Shown piece after piece: positions 13,301 through 24,234 of a stretch of 64,000 nt of DNA (the stretch's first letter is position 1; every line of letters starts with the position of its first letter). The stretch lies in contig JAAOMT010000512.1 of assembly GCA_016748015.1 (NCBI GenBank), positions 1,870,893 to 1,934,892 of the forward strand, read 5' to 3'. The notes beneath the pieces were generated by a model. It was given only the letters and a program-made list of their open reading frames with translations. It did not search any database and was not told the origin of the DNA. The stretch is from Geosiphon pyriformis uo1 (lineage: Eukaryota > Fungi > Glomeromycota). A program made the position numbers and the translations under genes.

Positions 13301-16300
13301 GACAATAACAATGGAAAAGAGAAGCAAGGAAAAGAACCTACCTGTGAAACCACTATCGACACTAGGACCAATGACAAAGACCACTATGAGTTACCACCAG
13401 TACTATTGTGGGACGACAACCCCAAGGGAAAACAAAGAGAGAAACTTACCTGGGAAACCAACAATCTGACTTGGACCAATAACGAACAAAAAAAAGCCTC
13501 AAGTTGGAAATGGAACGAAGATAAGAGAAAAGGAAAAGAAAAGAAAGAAAGAACACCACCAACGATTGACAGTTATAATTCCTACACCTACCACACTCCA
13601 CAACAATCCAATTATTGACGGCCAAGGCTGGTATGTGTCAATTGCAGCAAAAAACTGTCATCAATGGGTGCATGCTGTAGCAACAATAAGGAATACCACA
13701 CCGTAACAAAGTTTTACTGTCATCCATGCTTACTCGAATGCTTTAGACAACCAAAGAGGCAAAAAAAATGGGATAACCAACTTTGTCTCGCTTGTGAGAA
13801 GACCTTACTAGATAAAGGGATGTGGAATGACATCCCAAAACATGGAGGAACATGCGACGTATCGTGTCAATACACAATTTTAATAAGTGACTGGATAAGG
13901 AAAAGAACCCCAATAGAAGTGGTCTGGAGAAGAGCTGTACAGCGACTGGACAGTTGTCCACATGACAATGACAAATTGTGGAGAATGGCAATCACCAAAA
14001 TAGAAGAAGCAACACCTGAAGAAATCAGAGAAATCAAAAACAACCCACTAGAACCCATCGAGCTTGACTGGAACGCAAAGCCAGCCATAAATTCTCTGAA
14101 ACTCGAAGAGTTCCATGAACACTACCAAAACTTGGCACCCACTAGAGAAAAGCAAAAACAATGGCTAACACAGTTGAATACAAGACTGTGTTGCCATTGT
14201 TTAATTCCCAGTGACTTTAAATATTGTGACAATTGTGACCTCCTTTACAATCTACCACCATGCATAATCTACTCAATCCCTAAAGAAGAGAAACCAATCA
14301 GCAGCTGTGTATTGGAATCAGAATCACTGATCAATTGCAATTCAGACTCCGATGACGATGACAAAAACATCAGTTCCAGCTCCGTTCAAAATGGCAATAA
14401 CAACAAAAACAATTTCAACTCAGATTCAAACTCCAATTTAAACCATGAACAATACATTGCACTACCAGATCTCTCCAAGAAACAAAAGTTAAAATGGTAT
14501 AGTGACAATGGGGAGGGTATTATGCCAGAACGTGCGCATGATATAGACGCAGGGTTTGATCTGAGATATTCAGGAAAAAATGCCATCAAATTGGAACTGC
14601 ATTCACACACCTGCATTGATCTGAAAATAGCATTAGAAATTTCAGCAACAACAATAGTTCAATTAGCATCTAGGAGTAGTTTAGCAAAAAGAGGAATCAA
14701 TATAAGAGGAGGAATAATTAACACAGAATATGTAGGAAATATCATCACTATGCTACAAAATAACTCAGAAAAGGCCTACATAATAGAGCCCAACAAAAAG
14801 ATAGCACAGGCAATATTTCTGCCTCTGGTTAGAGTAGTTCAGTTAGTATTAGTGGGAAAGAAAGAGGAATTAGGAATAACAGCAAGAGAAATACAGGGAT
14901 TTGGATCAATGGATAGAATAAATGTACCAGTTAATATGGTGGAGGAAGAAATTGTTGGCCAAGGAGAAATTATCTCAACTGGTCAAGCTATTTTCATTCC
15001 ACCATATAGCCAGTACATGCTAACAATAGGAAGGAAAAAAAAGGAGCAAGGACAAATTTTTGAAGCTGAAGCAAACCTTTGTGAATCAGGAGAGATTGAA
15101 TTGATCAATCTCCACATACCAGCCAAAAGCTATAGCAGCATAAAAATTTCCATCTACAACAACACTGGTAATGTCATCAACATACCAAAAAGAACCACCA
15201 TCAGATATGTAACCACAGAAATAGAAAACCAACCACCAAACCTCATTCTAAACTTTCCACAACTTTGTGGATATGTTGACATCACATCACAAACAATCTA
15301 TGGACGAGATGAATGTTATTTGCTCCAACCAGAACAATTGGAACAAATGAACATAGGAAACTTAGATCCACTTCAATGTATACAGCTCAAGATGTTACTC
15401 AACAATTTCAATGACATCTTTGTCAGCGAAAATGAGTTTGGCCGAACTGACATCATCCAGCATCAGATCAAGACTGAAGATACAATGCCAATCAAACAAA
15501 GAGCATATAGAGTGCTGCCAGCCAGCCACGAAATCATTTGTCAAGAGATAAACAGAATGCTTGACAATAAGCTAATTCAACCATCAATGAGTCCATAGTC
15601 GTTATCAGTAGTACTTGTCTGTAAGAAGAATAGAAAAATCTGGTTTTGTGTAGACTACAGGAAACTCAATGGTGTAACTTGTGAAGACAGTTATCCAACT
15701 CCACGAATACAGGAATTATTCGACGCTTTTGGTGAGAACAAATGGTTCTCAACATTAAATTTGAATAGCGGTTACTGGCAAGTAGCCATGAATTCAGCTG
15801 ACAAAGAGAAGACAGCATTTACTACTAGAAAAGGGAATTTTGAATTTGAAGTGATGCCATTCGGCTTAACCAATGCCCCAGCAACTTTCCAATGGCTAAT
15901 GGAAATCATTTATACTGGTTTATTGTGGAAATCAGTAGTTGTATACTTAGATGACACCAATGTATTCTCAAAAACTTTTGATGATCATCTTTATCATCTT
16001 TAACAAGTGTTTGAAAGACTAAGAAGAGCAGGACTAAAGTTAAATACAACAAAGTGCTTCTTCGGCAAGACAGAACTAAAATTTTTGGGACATATAGTCA
16101 GCAAAAATGGCATCAAAATGGATCCAGAGAAAATAGAGATAGTAAAGAACTTTCCAGTGCTGACCAATATAACAGAACTGAAATCATTCTTGGGATTTGC
16201 CAGCTACTATTAACATTTTATCAAGAACTTTTCCAAGATAGCACAGCCACTCAACCAACTGCAAAACAAAGACACAAAATATGAATGGACCAAAAGTTAA

Positions 16301-18193
16301 CAAGAAGCTTTTGATATTCTAAAAAGAAAGCTTATACAAGCTCCAGTACTGATCTATCCAGATTACAGCAAACCATTTATCATCACCACGAATGCATCCA
16401 GCCAGGCATTAGGAGCAGTATTATCTCAAAGAGAACCAGATGGCAGAGAACATCTAGTGGCATATGCCAGCAGAGGTTTAACACCAGCCAAAAAGAACTA
16501 TAAAACACTGAAAAAAGAACACTTAGCAATATACTGGTTAGTCATGAAATGGAAAGAATATTTGAGCCAGAAGTTTGAGGTGTACATAGATCACAAAAAA
16601 TTAACATCACTTCAAAAACAAGAATTTGGAGATAAAAGACAGTCAAGATGGAAAATGGCACTTGCACCATATAAGTATACTATACATTATAAAAAAAGAA
16701 AAGACAATGGAAATATGGATGGTTTATCACAAATGAGACAAATCTAAGAACATTTCAACCCAAAAATATAACAAAACCAGAACAATACCAACAGAAAAAT
16801 ACAACAAAAGATGAACATACAAAAATATCAACAATTGCAACATTATATAAATACTCAACAGTTCAAGGAGAATTTATCTCAAATGGAATGAAAGAGTATC
16901 AAACAACAATCAAAATATTTTATCACTCATTAAAATATAATTTATCAGAAAAATAGAAGGGATCCAGATCAACCAACCAGAGTAATTATGGAGCCAGAAA
17001 AAGAAACAATATTATTTAACATGCACTCAAATCTAACAGCAAGACATTTTCACAAAAAAACAACCATAGAAAGAACCAAAAAGAGATACTATTGGCCATC
17101 AATGTACTCAGATATCATTCAATATGTTCAAAATTGTAATGCTTGTCAGTGAAGAAGAGGAACAAGACCCAGTGAACCATTAAAACCAATCAAAGTGGGA
17201 CAACCATTTAACCATATTGGAATTGATTTAGTTAAACCATTAACAATCACCAGCAGAGGAAACAGATACATAGCAGTAGCTATGAACTATCTCACTAAAT
17301 GACCAGAGACAAAAGCAATTCAAAGAGTGGATGCAGAATCCGTTGCCGAATTCATTCATCAGGATTTGATTTGTCGACATGGATGTCCAAAAGAATTATT
17401 ATCAGACCAAGGAACTCATTTTGTGAACAAAACATTAACAAAATTGAGCCAAAGATTCAGAATCAAGAGACTATTATCATCACCATACCATCCACAAACC
17501 AATGGATTAGTAGAAAGCTTCAATAGAACACTGTGTAAAGCAATAGCTAAGCTCAGCCAAGAAAACCAGAACAATTGGGATTTGTTCATACCATCAGTAC
17601 TATTTGCTTATCGGACAATGAAACAAGATACTACACAAGCAACACTATTTAAATTAGTATATGGGAGAACAGCAACATTATCAATAGAAAGAGAAATTAA
17701 TACATATCCAGCTGAACCAATAACAAAAGAAAACTTTCAAGAAACATTGCTGAGAAGAACATATAACTTAATGGAAACATTGGAAAACAAACAAAAAAGA
17801 GCAGCTAATAATATTCAAAAGTCACAAGAAAAACAGAAAAAAAGACACGATAGTCAACTACCAGACAAACCAGTTGAATTCAAAATTGGAGACAAAGTAT
17901 TACTACATTGTACCAAAGCGGAAAAACAATGAAATGGAAAATTCGACCCCAAATGGGATGAACCATTTCACATAGAAGAAATTCTAGGAAATAGAGCTTA
18001 CAAATTAAGATTGGATAACAAAATTTTAACCAAAGCAGTACATGGAGATCAACTGAAGCCATATTGTGACATTACACTACCATCTATTAATAATATTCTA
18101 CAATTAGGAGTACAGAGAATACTAGTCCAACCAGATGAAATTCCATGAGATCTGAAACCAATAGTTATTATTAACAATAACATGTTAAATTGA
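10391..18193 (+). pseudogene. Single-frame Gag-Pol polyprotein of element A, broken only by transition-derived stops
   Basis: All major ORF pieces (10391, 11060, 12437, 12887, 13406, 13664, 15761, 16007, 16457, 17327) share one frame. Motifs: retrotransposon Gag, CCHC knuckle 12113-12154, PR LIL(D>N)SGS, dUTPase, RT YLDD ~15945, RH T(D>N)AS, IN HHCC and D-D-E (IDLV/SDQG/NGLVE). Confidence 0.93.
14520..14915 (+). other. dUTPase domain within Pol of element A
   Basis: All five trimeric dUTPase motifs: DAGFDL, ASRSSL, GGII(D>N)TEYVG, KIAQAIF, RxxxGFGS. Confidence 0.92.
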
Positions 18194-18206
18194 TCAATCA
18201 AAAGAA

Positions 18207-18215
18207 TATATAAAG
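18207..18215 (+). promoter_or_regulatory. Putative internal TATA box upstream of ORF3
   Basis: TATATAAAG near the IN end; TATATAAA is at the equivalent position in B (2126-2118), C (25704-25696) and D (62693-62683). Confidence 0.5.
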
Positions 18216-18217
18216 AC

Positions 18218-18877
18218 ATGATAGATGCGACAGGAAATATCAGAAAAATGGAAATTACAGACAACATTCACACACTAGCACAACAACTCTTTCAATTAAT
18301 CCAATACCAGGAAATGGAGATTACAATCAACCAACAAACCATTCGATATCAAGATACTAGAAAGACATTGCAACTCAGAACACCAAAGAAAACTAAAGAT
18401 ATGGTGGACAAAATCATGGCGAAAGTAAAATTAGCAATAAAAGAATCAACAAAAGAGTCACTATATCAAGAGTTGACTAAAAAAACTTGGAATTGGTAGA
18501 TACAACAATTTCCAAGAAACTATTGTTATTTTTACTTGGGACAACACATAAATATTCAGAATCTATATACGGATAAAACAAAGTGATTATTCAACAAAAA
18601 AATACTACAACAATTAGAACATTTTGTGGGAAAGAACAACTTATCTACACAAGCCCGAGCCATATACCAAATACACACAGCATTTCAGGATAAACCAGAA
18701 ATATTGCTCAACAAAGCAATAGATATGGTCACCAGTAATCAATTGGGAAAAATCACCAACACTCAATTTGAAGAAGTACAGACCCAAATAACACAAGTAA
18801 TTCTTGAAAATAAAATCCAGAAAATACTTCAAGAGGGGGAATTACATGAGTTGGATTTTGACGGAGCTCAATATTAA
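18218..18877 (+). pseudogene. ORF3 (extra 3' ORF, ~210-220 aa, unknown function) of element A
   Basis: ORFs 18218-18499 and 18626-18877 are in one frame with two transition-derived stops; homologous to the intact ORF 61922-62635. Confidence 0.85.
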
Positions 18878-18890
18878 AAGGAGGAAATAA
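18876..18890 (+). promoter_or_regulatory. Polypurine tract of element A
   Basis: AAAAGGAGGAAATAA immediately before the 3' LTR TGTTAC. Confidence 0.9.
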
Positions 18891-19740
18891 TGTTACTCAT
18901 AGAAATATAGAAAATATATTAGCATAATTATTAGCCAATTAGAAGTAAGCATAGTAAATGTGGAATTCCAGGATTCCTCTCAGGAATTGCAGGATTCTAG
19001 GAATTTCAGGATTCCCCAATGAGGAATTGCAGGATTCCAAAATTCCAGGATTCCTCTCAAAGGAATTGCAGGATTCCAGGAATTCTAGGATTCCTGTCAT
19101 AAAGAATTGAGGAATTGAGGAATCTCAATTATGTATATATAGCGATAGTATTAGAAACAAAAAAGACAGAATCGATACCACAGAATCCTTAGCTTAGAAA
19201 CAAAAATCATCAAATAAATAATTATTCCATATCTCAATCCACTCTTCACTATCAACATTTCATGTTGATAATAAGTGATACTTAATCATATTGGAACAAT
19301 AGCTCTTGATCACGGCTATTGATGGGATACTAATCTGCAAATTGTCTTGGCTTATTTTTTTCTTTCTTTATTTTTTTCTTATTTTTTTTTATTTTATTTT
19401 GATTTATTATTGTGCACTAACCCATTGATTGAAAAGCGCTGATTATTGACATCAAAGATTGTTTGGTAAAAGACCCCTGCGAAAAGGTAAGACATGTACA
19501 GAAGATATGGATTACTTACTAGAGGATTGCCAGCCACCAAGCTGAGAAAAAAATTGACAGACTTGTGAGTCTGGGAAGCTATGGATAAAACAACTATTGA
19601 ATCTCTGTCCATTATACAAAAGACTCCATCAAAACCTTCAGATACAATGCTCATAGAACCTCATCAACGGAAGTAGTTTCATGAGCACCAAGTTACGGAT
19701 TTGTTATTTACTTCAACAGCAGAAATAATCCCCTGTAACA
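18891..19740 (+). repeat. 3' LTR of element A (850 bp)
   Basis: TGTTAC...TGTAACA; about 92% identical to the 5' LTR by hand alignment. Confidence 0.96.
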
Positions 19741-20193
19741 GTGTGTTGTAAGTTGTATAGCTAACTCAAAATGTTTTTTTCTTCTGCTTTTTACAGTTGC
19801 TATTTTCTGGTTTTAATTTAAAATCAAAAGAGTATTTAAATTATATCAAATATTTTCTTTTACAATATTAAATAATGTTGAAGTTGAGTTTTTGAAAGTA
19901 AGTGTTAAGTATTTTACTGTTAAAGTTTTCTGTTTTTAAGTAGAAATAGTATAGTAGGTTTTTATAAAGATTGTTTTTAACTTCTAAAATGTTATAGTTT
20001 TGAAAAAATAATTATTGATGTGGTTTTTGATGTATTAGTATAATGATTTCTTGATAATTTCAATTCCATCTTGGATGTTGAATTTTTGCTTGCAGTAAGT
20101 ATAAATTAACTAATAATACTTTAAAGTTGTTATGTCAGTTGTGGTTGCCACTTTAAAGTTGTTGTTGTGTTATTTCTATAAAAGAATATTAAA

Positions 20194-21084
20194 TATTACT
20201 AGAAGTTTTTAGTCTCTTTTTTTGAATGCTATTAATGTTTGTTTGTTGTTAATTCACATTTTCTGGAGTTAATAAATCTCTGATAATTGAATTTATCTTT
20301 AAATTATTTTTTATAATTTGAACTATTGAGCTTATACATAGAATAATCAATTCTATGTCAATTATTTTGTATAGTTATGTTGTAGTAAATATCAACTTTT
20401 TTTCAAAAATTGCTTTTCTAGAAGTTAATGAATATAATAAAAAATAAAAAATAAAAATAAAAAAAATGAAAAAGAATTAGAATTTTATTAAGAGAATCGT
20501 TTTCTATTCAGACCTGGAGTCACTAATAAATTGCTGAAATTAGTAGCTAATTAATTTTAAAATGTTAGTTGAATTTTAAGAAATATTAAGTTCAATTATT
20601 TTTAAAAATTGTTTTTTAAAGTATAGTTTTTATTTTAAATTGTACTAAATAAGAATAATTTTAAGGAAGATAAGATATTTATAATAATATATATTTTCTC
20701 AAAAAAAAAGCTCTTCTTTTATACAATTTGTTATAGTACTAGTCTATGAACTTGAACTTTTTTCTTTGCTATAATTTTGATAAATTAAAGATATATTTTG
20801 ACAAATTACAAGTTATTTTATCAAACTATTAATTATTTTAGTGAATTATTCATTATTTTTGCAAATTTTTACAAATTTTTGAATATTACATAGTTTAGAG
20901 TATTGTGTTATTTGATTATTCCAATTTCTATTATGCAAATTGGGTTATTAATTAAATAGTAATATTTGATTATTTGATTTAAGTAATAAGTAATAATTAA
21001 TACAATATTAATATATGCTAATTAATAGTAAAAATTATAAGAGTAATTTTATGCTAATTAATAACTAAAATTCTATTGATAATA
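20194..21084 (-). repeat. 5' LTR of element B
   Basis: Repeat of 407-1368 with a ~70 bp internal deletion near 20420; a decayed PBS lies to its left. Confidence 0.85.
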
Positions 21085-22071
21085 CTGCTTTGAATTATTA
21101 GTCAGTTTTAGTAAGTAAGAATAGTGTTAAAATTTTTCTTCTTAATGAATTAAAATAAGACTATTTTGTTTTATAATAAGTTTAAAGACAAGTTGATCAA
21201 TCTTTTTTTTGACTGTATTGTATTTGAAATTAATAATATGATCTTTCAAGTTGGTAATCAAATGTGTTTTATTTCTCACTTTTTTGATTCTGGTTATTGT
21301 TTCTGGTTTGCTTTAATTATGTTTAAATTTTAGATTGATTTAGATGTTGCTGTTAATACTGTTTTAAGTATTAAAAGTAAACTATCTGACTGTAGATTGT
21401 AAAGTGTTTTTATTTTTTTTCCCAAAATTTCTAAGGTATTTACACTTTGTTTTGTAAACTCTAAATCATATGCCAAAGCTTTTGCTTCTTTAAACTCTTC
21501 TAAGTTTTTATTTCTAATGATTTTTGTCTTTTTTTTCATTATTTTTGATAACTCTTTAATGTTGTTTCAATTGTTCTCTTTAGAATTTAATCTGACCAAA
21601 CTCTTTACATTAATTGGATTAATTGTTAAGTTTATTGGCTTTTTAGTTGCTACTTTTGAACAGCCTATTAAAGATGATTTGGTTTCAAGTAGTATTTTTA
21701 GCTTTAAGATTAATAAACTTATAGTTTATTTGGGTTTTTTTAGCAAAGTTTTTAGTAAATTGAAAAAAAAGTGGTTTTACTAAAAAAAGAGTGTTGCATA
21801 AATGATGTTAATATGCCTGGTAATTTGAATTATTTAGTTGACATTAATGATAATACATTTTCTAGTTTAATGTCTTTTTGAACACATAAGCCTAATAATA
21901 TTAAAACTAATTTTTTAAAAACAATTAAGTGGCTGGTTGAATTAGTTCTTTGTAGTTTTAATTATTTAATATAGTTTAAAAAATATTGGCTTTGGATAAG
22001 TTTACTTTTATTGTAACAATATAGCATAGTTTAAACTGACTTAAATAGTTGATTACATATAAAAAGCATAT
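21085..22071 (+). mobile_element. Continuation of the decayed LINE-like element
   Basis: Resumes the ORF1 frame of 1-406. A further piece at 23062-23132 contains a decayed IDYIW-like endonuclease motif. Confidence 0.5.
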
Positions 22072-22447
22072 TGTTATAGATAAACTTGATGGAGTATTGT
22101 GGTAATATTTAATGCTTTAAACTTAAATAATAAAAGTTTAAAGTTTTTTATTTCAGATATTTAAGATAAGTTATTTAATATTAGTCTTTAAAAATTTTTT
22201 GTTAGTTTTACCTATAAAGTTTTTTAATTATAAAGCACAAAAAAATATTTGGCTATTTGTAACTTAAGTGTATAAACTATTTTCTTTGAACTAGTTGAAT
22301 ACAGTCATTAGGATCTAACAGTATCTTTTCATTTTTCTGATAAGTTAACAAAATAATATTAATATCTAATCCTAAGAAAAGTTTTTTTTTACCAAACTGT
22401 TATAAAGTTTATTTTCAGACAGTCAATTTTTTAATATTGTTATTTTA

Positions 22448-22487
<40 letters not shown>

Positions 22488-23061
22488 AAAAAAAAAAGAA
22501 ATTAATATTATCAATCACTATAATTAAGAGTAATTGGTCCAAGTCATTATTTGTTTGAGACATTTTATGCTAAAAACATTTGGCCAGAAATAAAGATAAA
22601 AAAATAAGTAATTTAGTTTAAATATAAGATTCATGGATCATAAATAAATAATTTTTTGTTTTAAATATTTTCTTTATTTAAGATAATATAGATATATAAA
22701 TAAGATAGATCTAATAGATATGAGTAAAAAATATATTTTTTATTTAATTATTTCTTTTGTTTTTTCTTTACTGCTAAAACTACTTGTTTTTATACATATT
22801 TTTAGTTTTATAAGATTGCTTTTTAATTATTTGTTATTACTAATTATTACTTACTATTTCTGTTGTTGCTTTTTTTTTTATACTGTAACTAGTTATTTTA
22901 TATTATAGCTAGTTATTTGTGCTATTTTATATTATTGTATTATTTTAAGTTATAATGTATTATAATGTATTATTTTATATTATTATATTTTTCAATGTTA
23001 TCACATTTTCCAATTACATTTTTTCAATATCTTTTGGATTTGTTTTTTTATTTAGGTAACA
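22072..23061 (-). mobile_element. Solo LTR of a related Gypsy family
   Basis: tgttatag...ggtaaca; TSD atat/gcat (transition-related); an internal A-tract followed by the conserved LTR hairpin at 22512-22536. Confidence 0.65.
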
Positions 23062-23178
23062 GCATAAACTATATTTAGTTTAGAATACTTAGTTTGTTCT
23101 AAAGTACTAGATAGTAGTTGATTTATACTCATTGTTACAAGTGATTATTTGAGGTCTCAAATCAAATAACAAACCTGT

Positions 23179-24234
23179 TATTACTCATAAAATATAGAAA
23201 GTATATTAGCATATAAATTAGCCAATCATAGGTAGACATAGTAAATGTGAAATTCCAGGATTCCTCTTAGAGAAATTGCAAGATTCCAGAAATTACAGGA
23301 TTCCAGAAATTGCAGGATTCCAGAAATTGCAGGATTCTTACATGAAGAATTGCAAGATTCCAGAATTCCAGGATTTTTCTCAAAGGAATTGCAAAATTCC
23401 AGGAATTCCAGGATTCCTAACATGAAGAATTAAGGAATTGAGGAATCTCAAATATGTATATATAGCAGTAGTATCAGAAGTTAGAAAATTAGTCAATGGG
23501 ACTTAGAATCAATTGATTCACGGAGTCAATTAGACTTATATAATCAATTAGACTTGCAAAATCATAATTATTAAAATTACAAAAAAAAAAGAATCTTTTA
23601 GTGAGACCTCTCAGTTTAAATTTTATTTCCAAAACCACAAATAAATAACTGTTTGTTATCTCAAACCTGCTGCCACTATCAACACTTCATGTTGATAGTA
23701 ATTGATACTTAACCACACTGGAACAATAGCTCTTGATCACAGCTATTGATGGGATACTAACTTGTAAATCGCCTTGGCTTATTTCTTATTTTTTCTTTTA
23801 TCTTTTTTTTATTTTTTTTTTTGTCTACTAACTTGATTAAAGGATTTACTTTTGGAGGACTTATGGAGGAATAAAACTTACTTAAACAATACTTACTCTT
23901 GGAGGACTTACGAAGGAATAAACTTGCTTAAACAATACTTACTCTTGGAGGACTTATGGAAGAACTGACGTCAGGAAACAGCACTGATATACACTTACAG
24001 AGGATATTGTACTAGGAGAATTATCAACCATCAAGCTAAGCAAGCAATCAATGAAACTACAGTTTCAGGAAACTATTGATAAACTGTTATCATTGAATCT
24101 CTGTCTATTATACAAAGAACTTGATTGGAAAACCTTCAGATAAAATACCTTCAGATTATCATTGTCACCAATTGCTTTGCGCACCAAGTTATGGATTTGT
24201 TATTCACTTGACATCCCAAGAAACACCTGTAACA
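23179..24234 (+). mobile_element. Solo LTR (A-related) inserted antisense into the 3' LTR of C
   Basis: tattactc...tgtaaca, TSD ctgt/ctat; removing it restores the C LTR sequence aacaaacctgt|aacttggtg. Confidence 0.88.
23846..23962 (+). repeat. 46-47 bp tandem repeat (~2.5 copies) inside the solo LTR
   Basis: Units ttactcttggaggacttatggaggaataaaacttacttaaacaatac at ~23846, 23893 and 23939. Confidence 0.85.

Larger units (their letters stand above)
9443..19740 (+). mobile_element. Full-length Ty3/Gypsy LTR retrotransposon A (10.3 kb, least decayed)
   Basis: LTRs 9443-10331 and 18891-19740, perfect 4-bp TSD GTGT (9439-9442/19741-19744), PBS, PPT and the complete domain order PR-RT-RH-IN. Confidence 0.97.
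407..21084 (-). mobile_element. Ty3/Gypsy LTR retrotransposon B (older, heavily decayed; hosts element A and a solo LTR)
   Basis: LTR pair 407-1368 (tgttact...ggtaaca) and 20194-21084 (tattact...gataata). TSD ttac/ctgc is related by C>T and G>A. Minus-strand remnants: gag (20151-19745, 9442-8400), PR (LILNSRFAKS ~7800), dUTPase (GFGLT ~5505), RT (VYLNN from YLDD ~4455), RH, IN, ORF3. Confidence 0.85.

Noticed and set aside
18218-18877. ORF3 as a retroviral envelope protein or chromodomain
   Set aside because: No signal peptide, TM helix, furin site or aromatic-cage chromodomain pattern.
22449-22500. Long poly(A) as a LINE 3' tail
   Set aside because: It lies inside a TSD-flanked solo LTR, directly beside the conserved hairpin, so it is the complement of the LTR pyrimidine tract.
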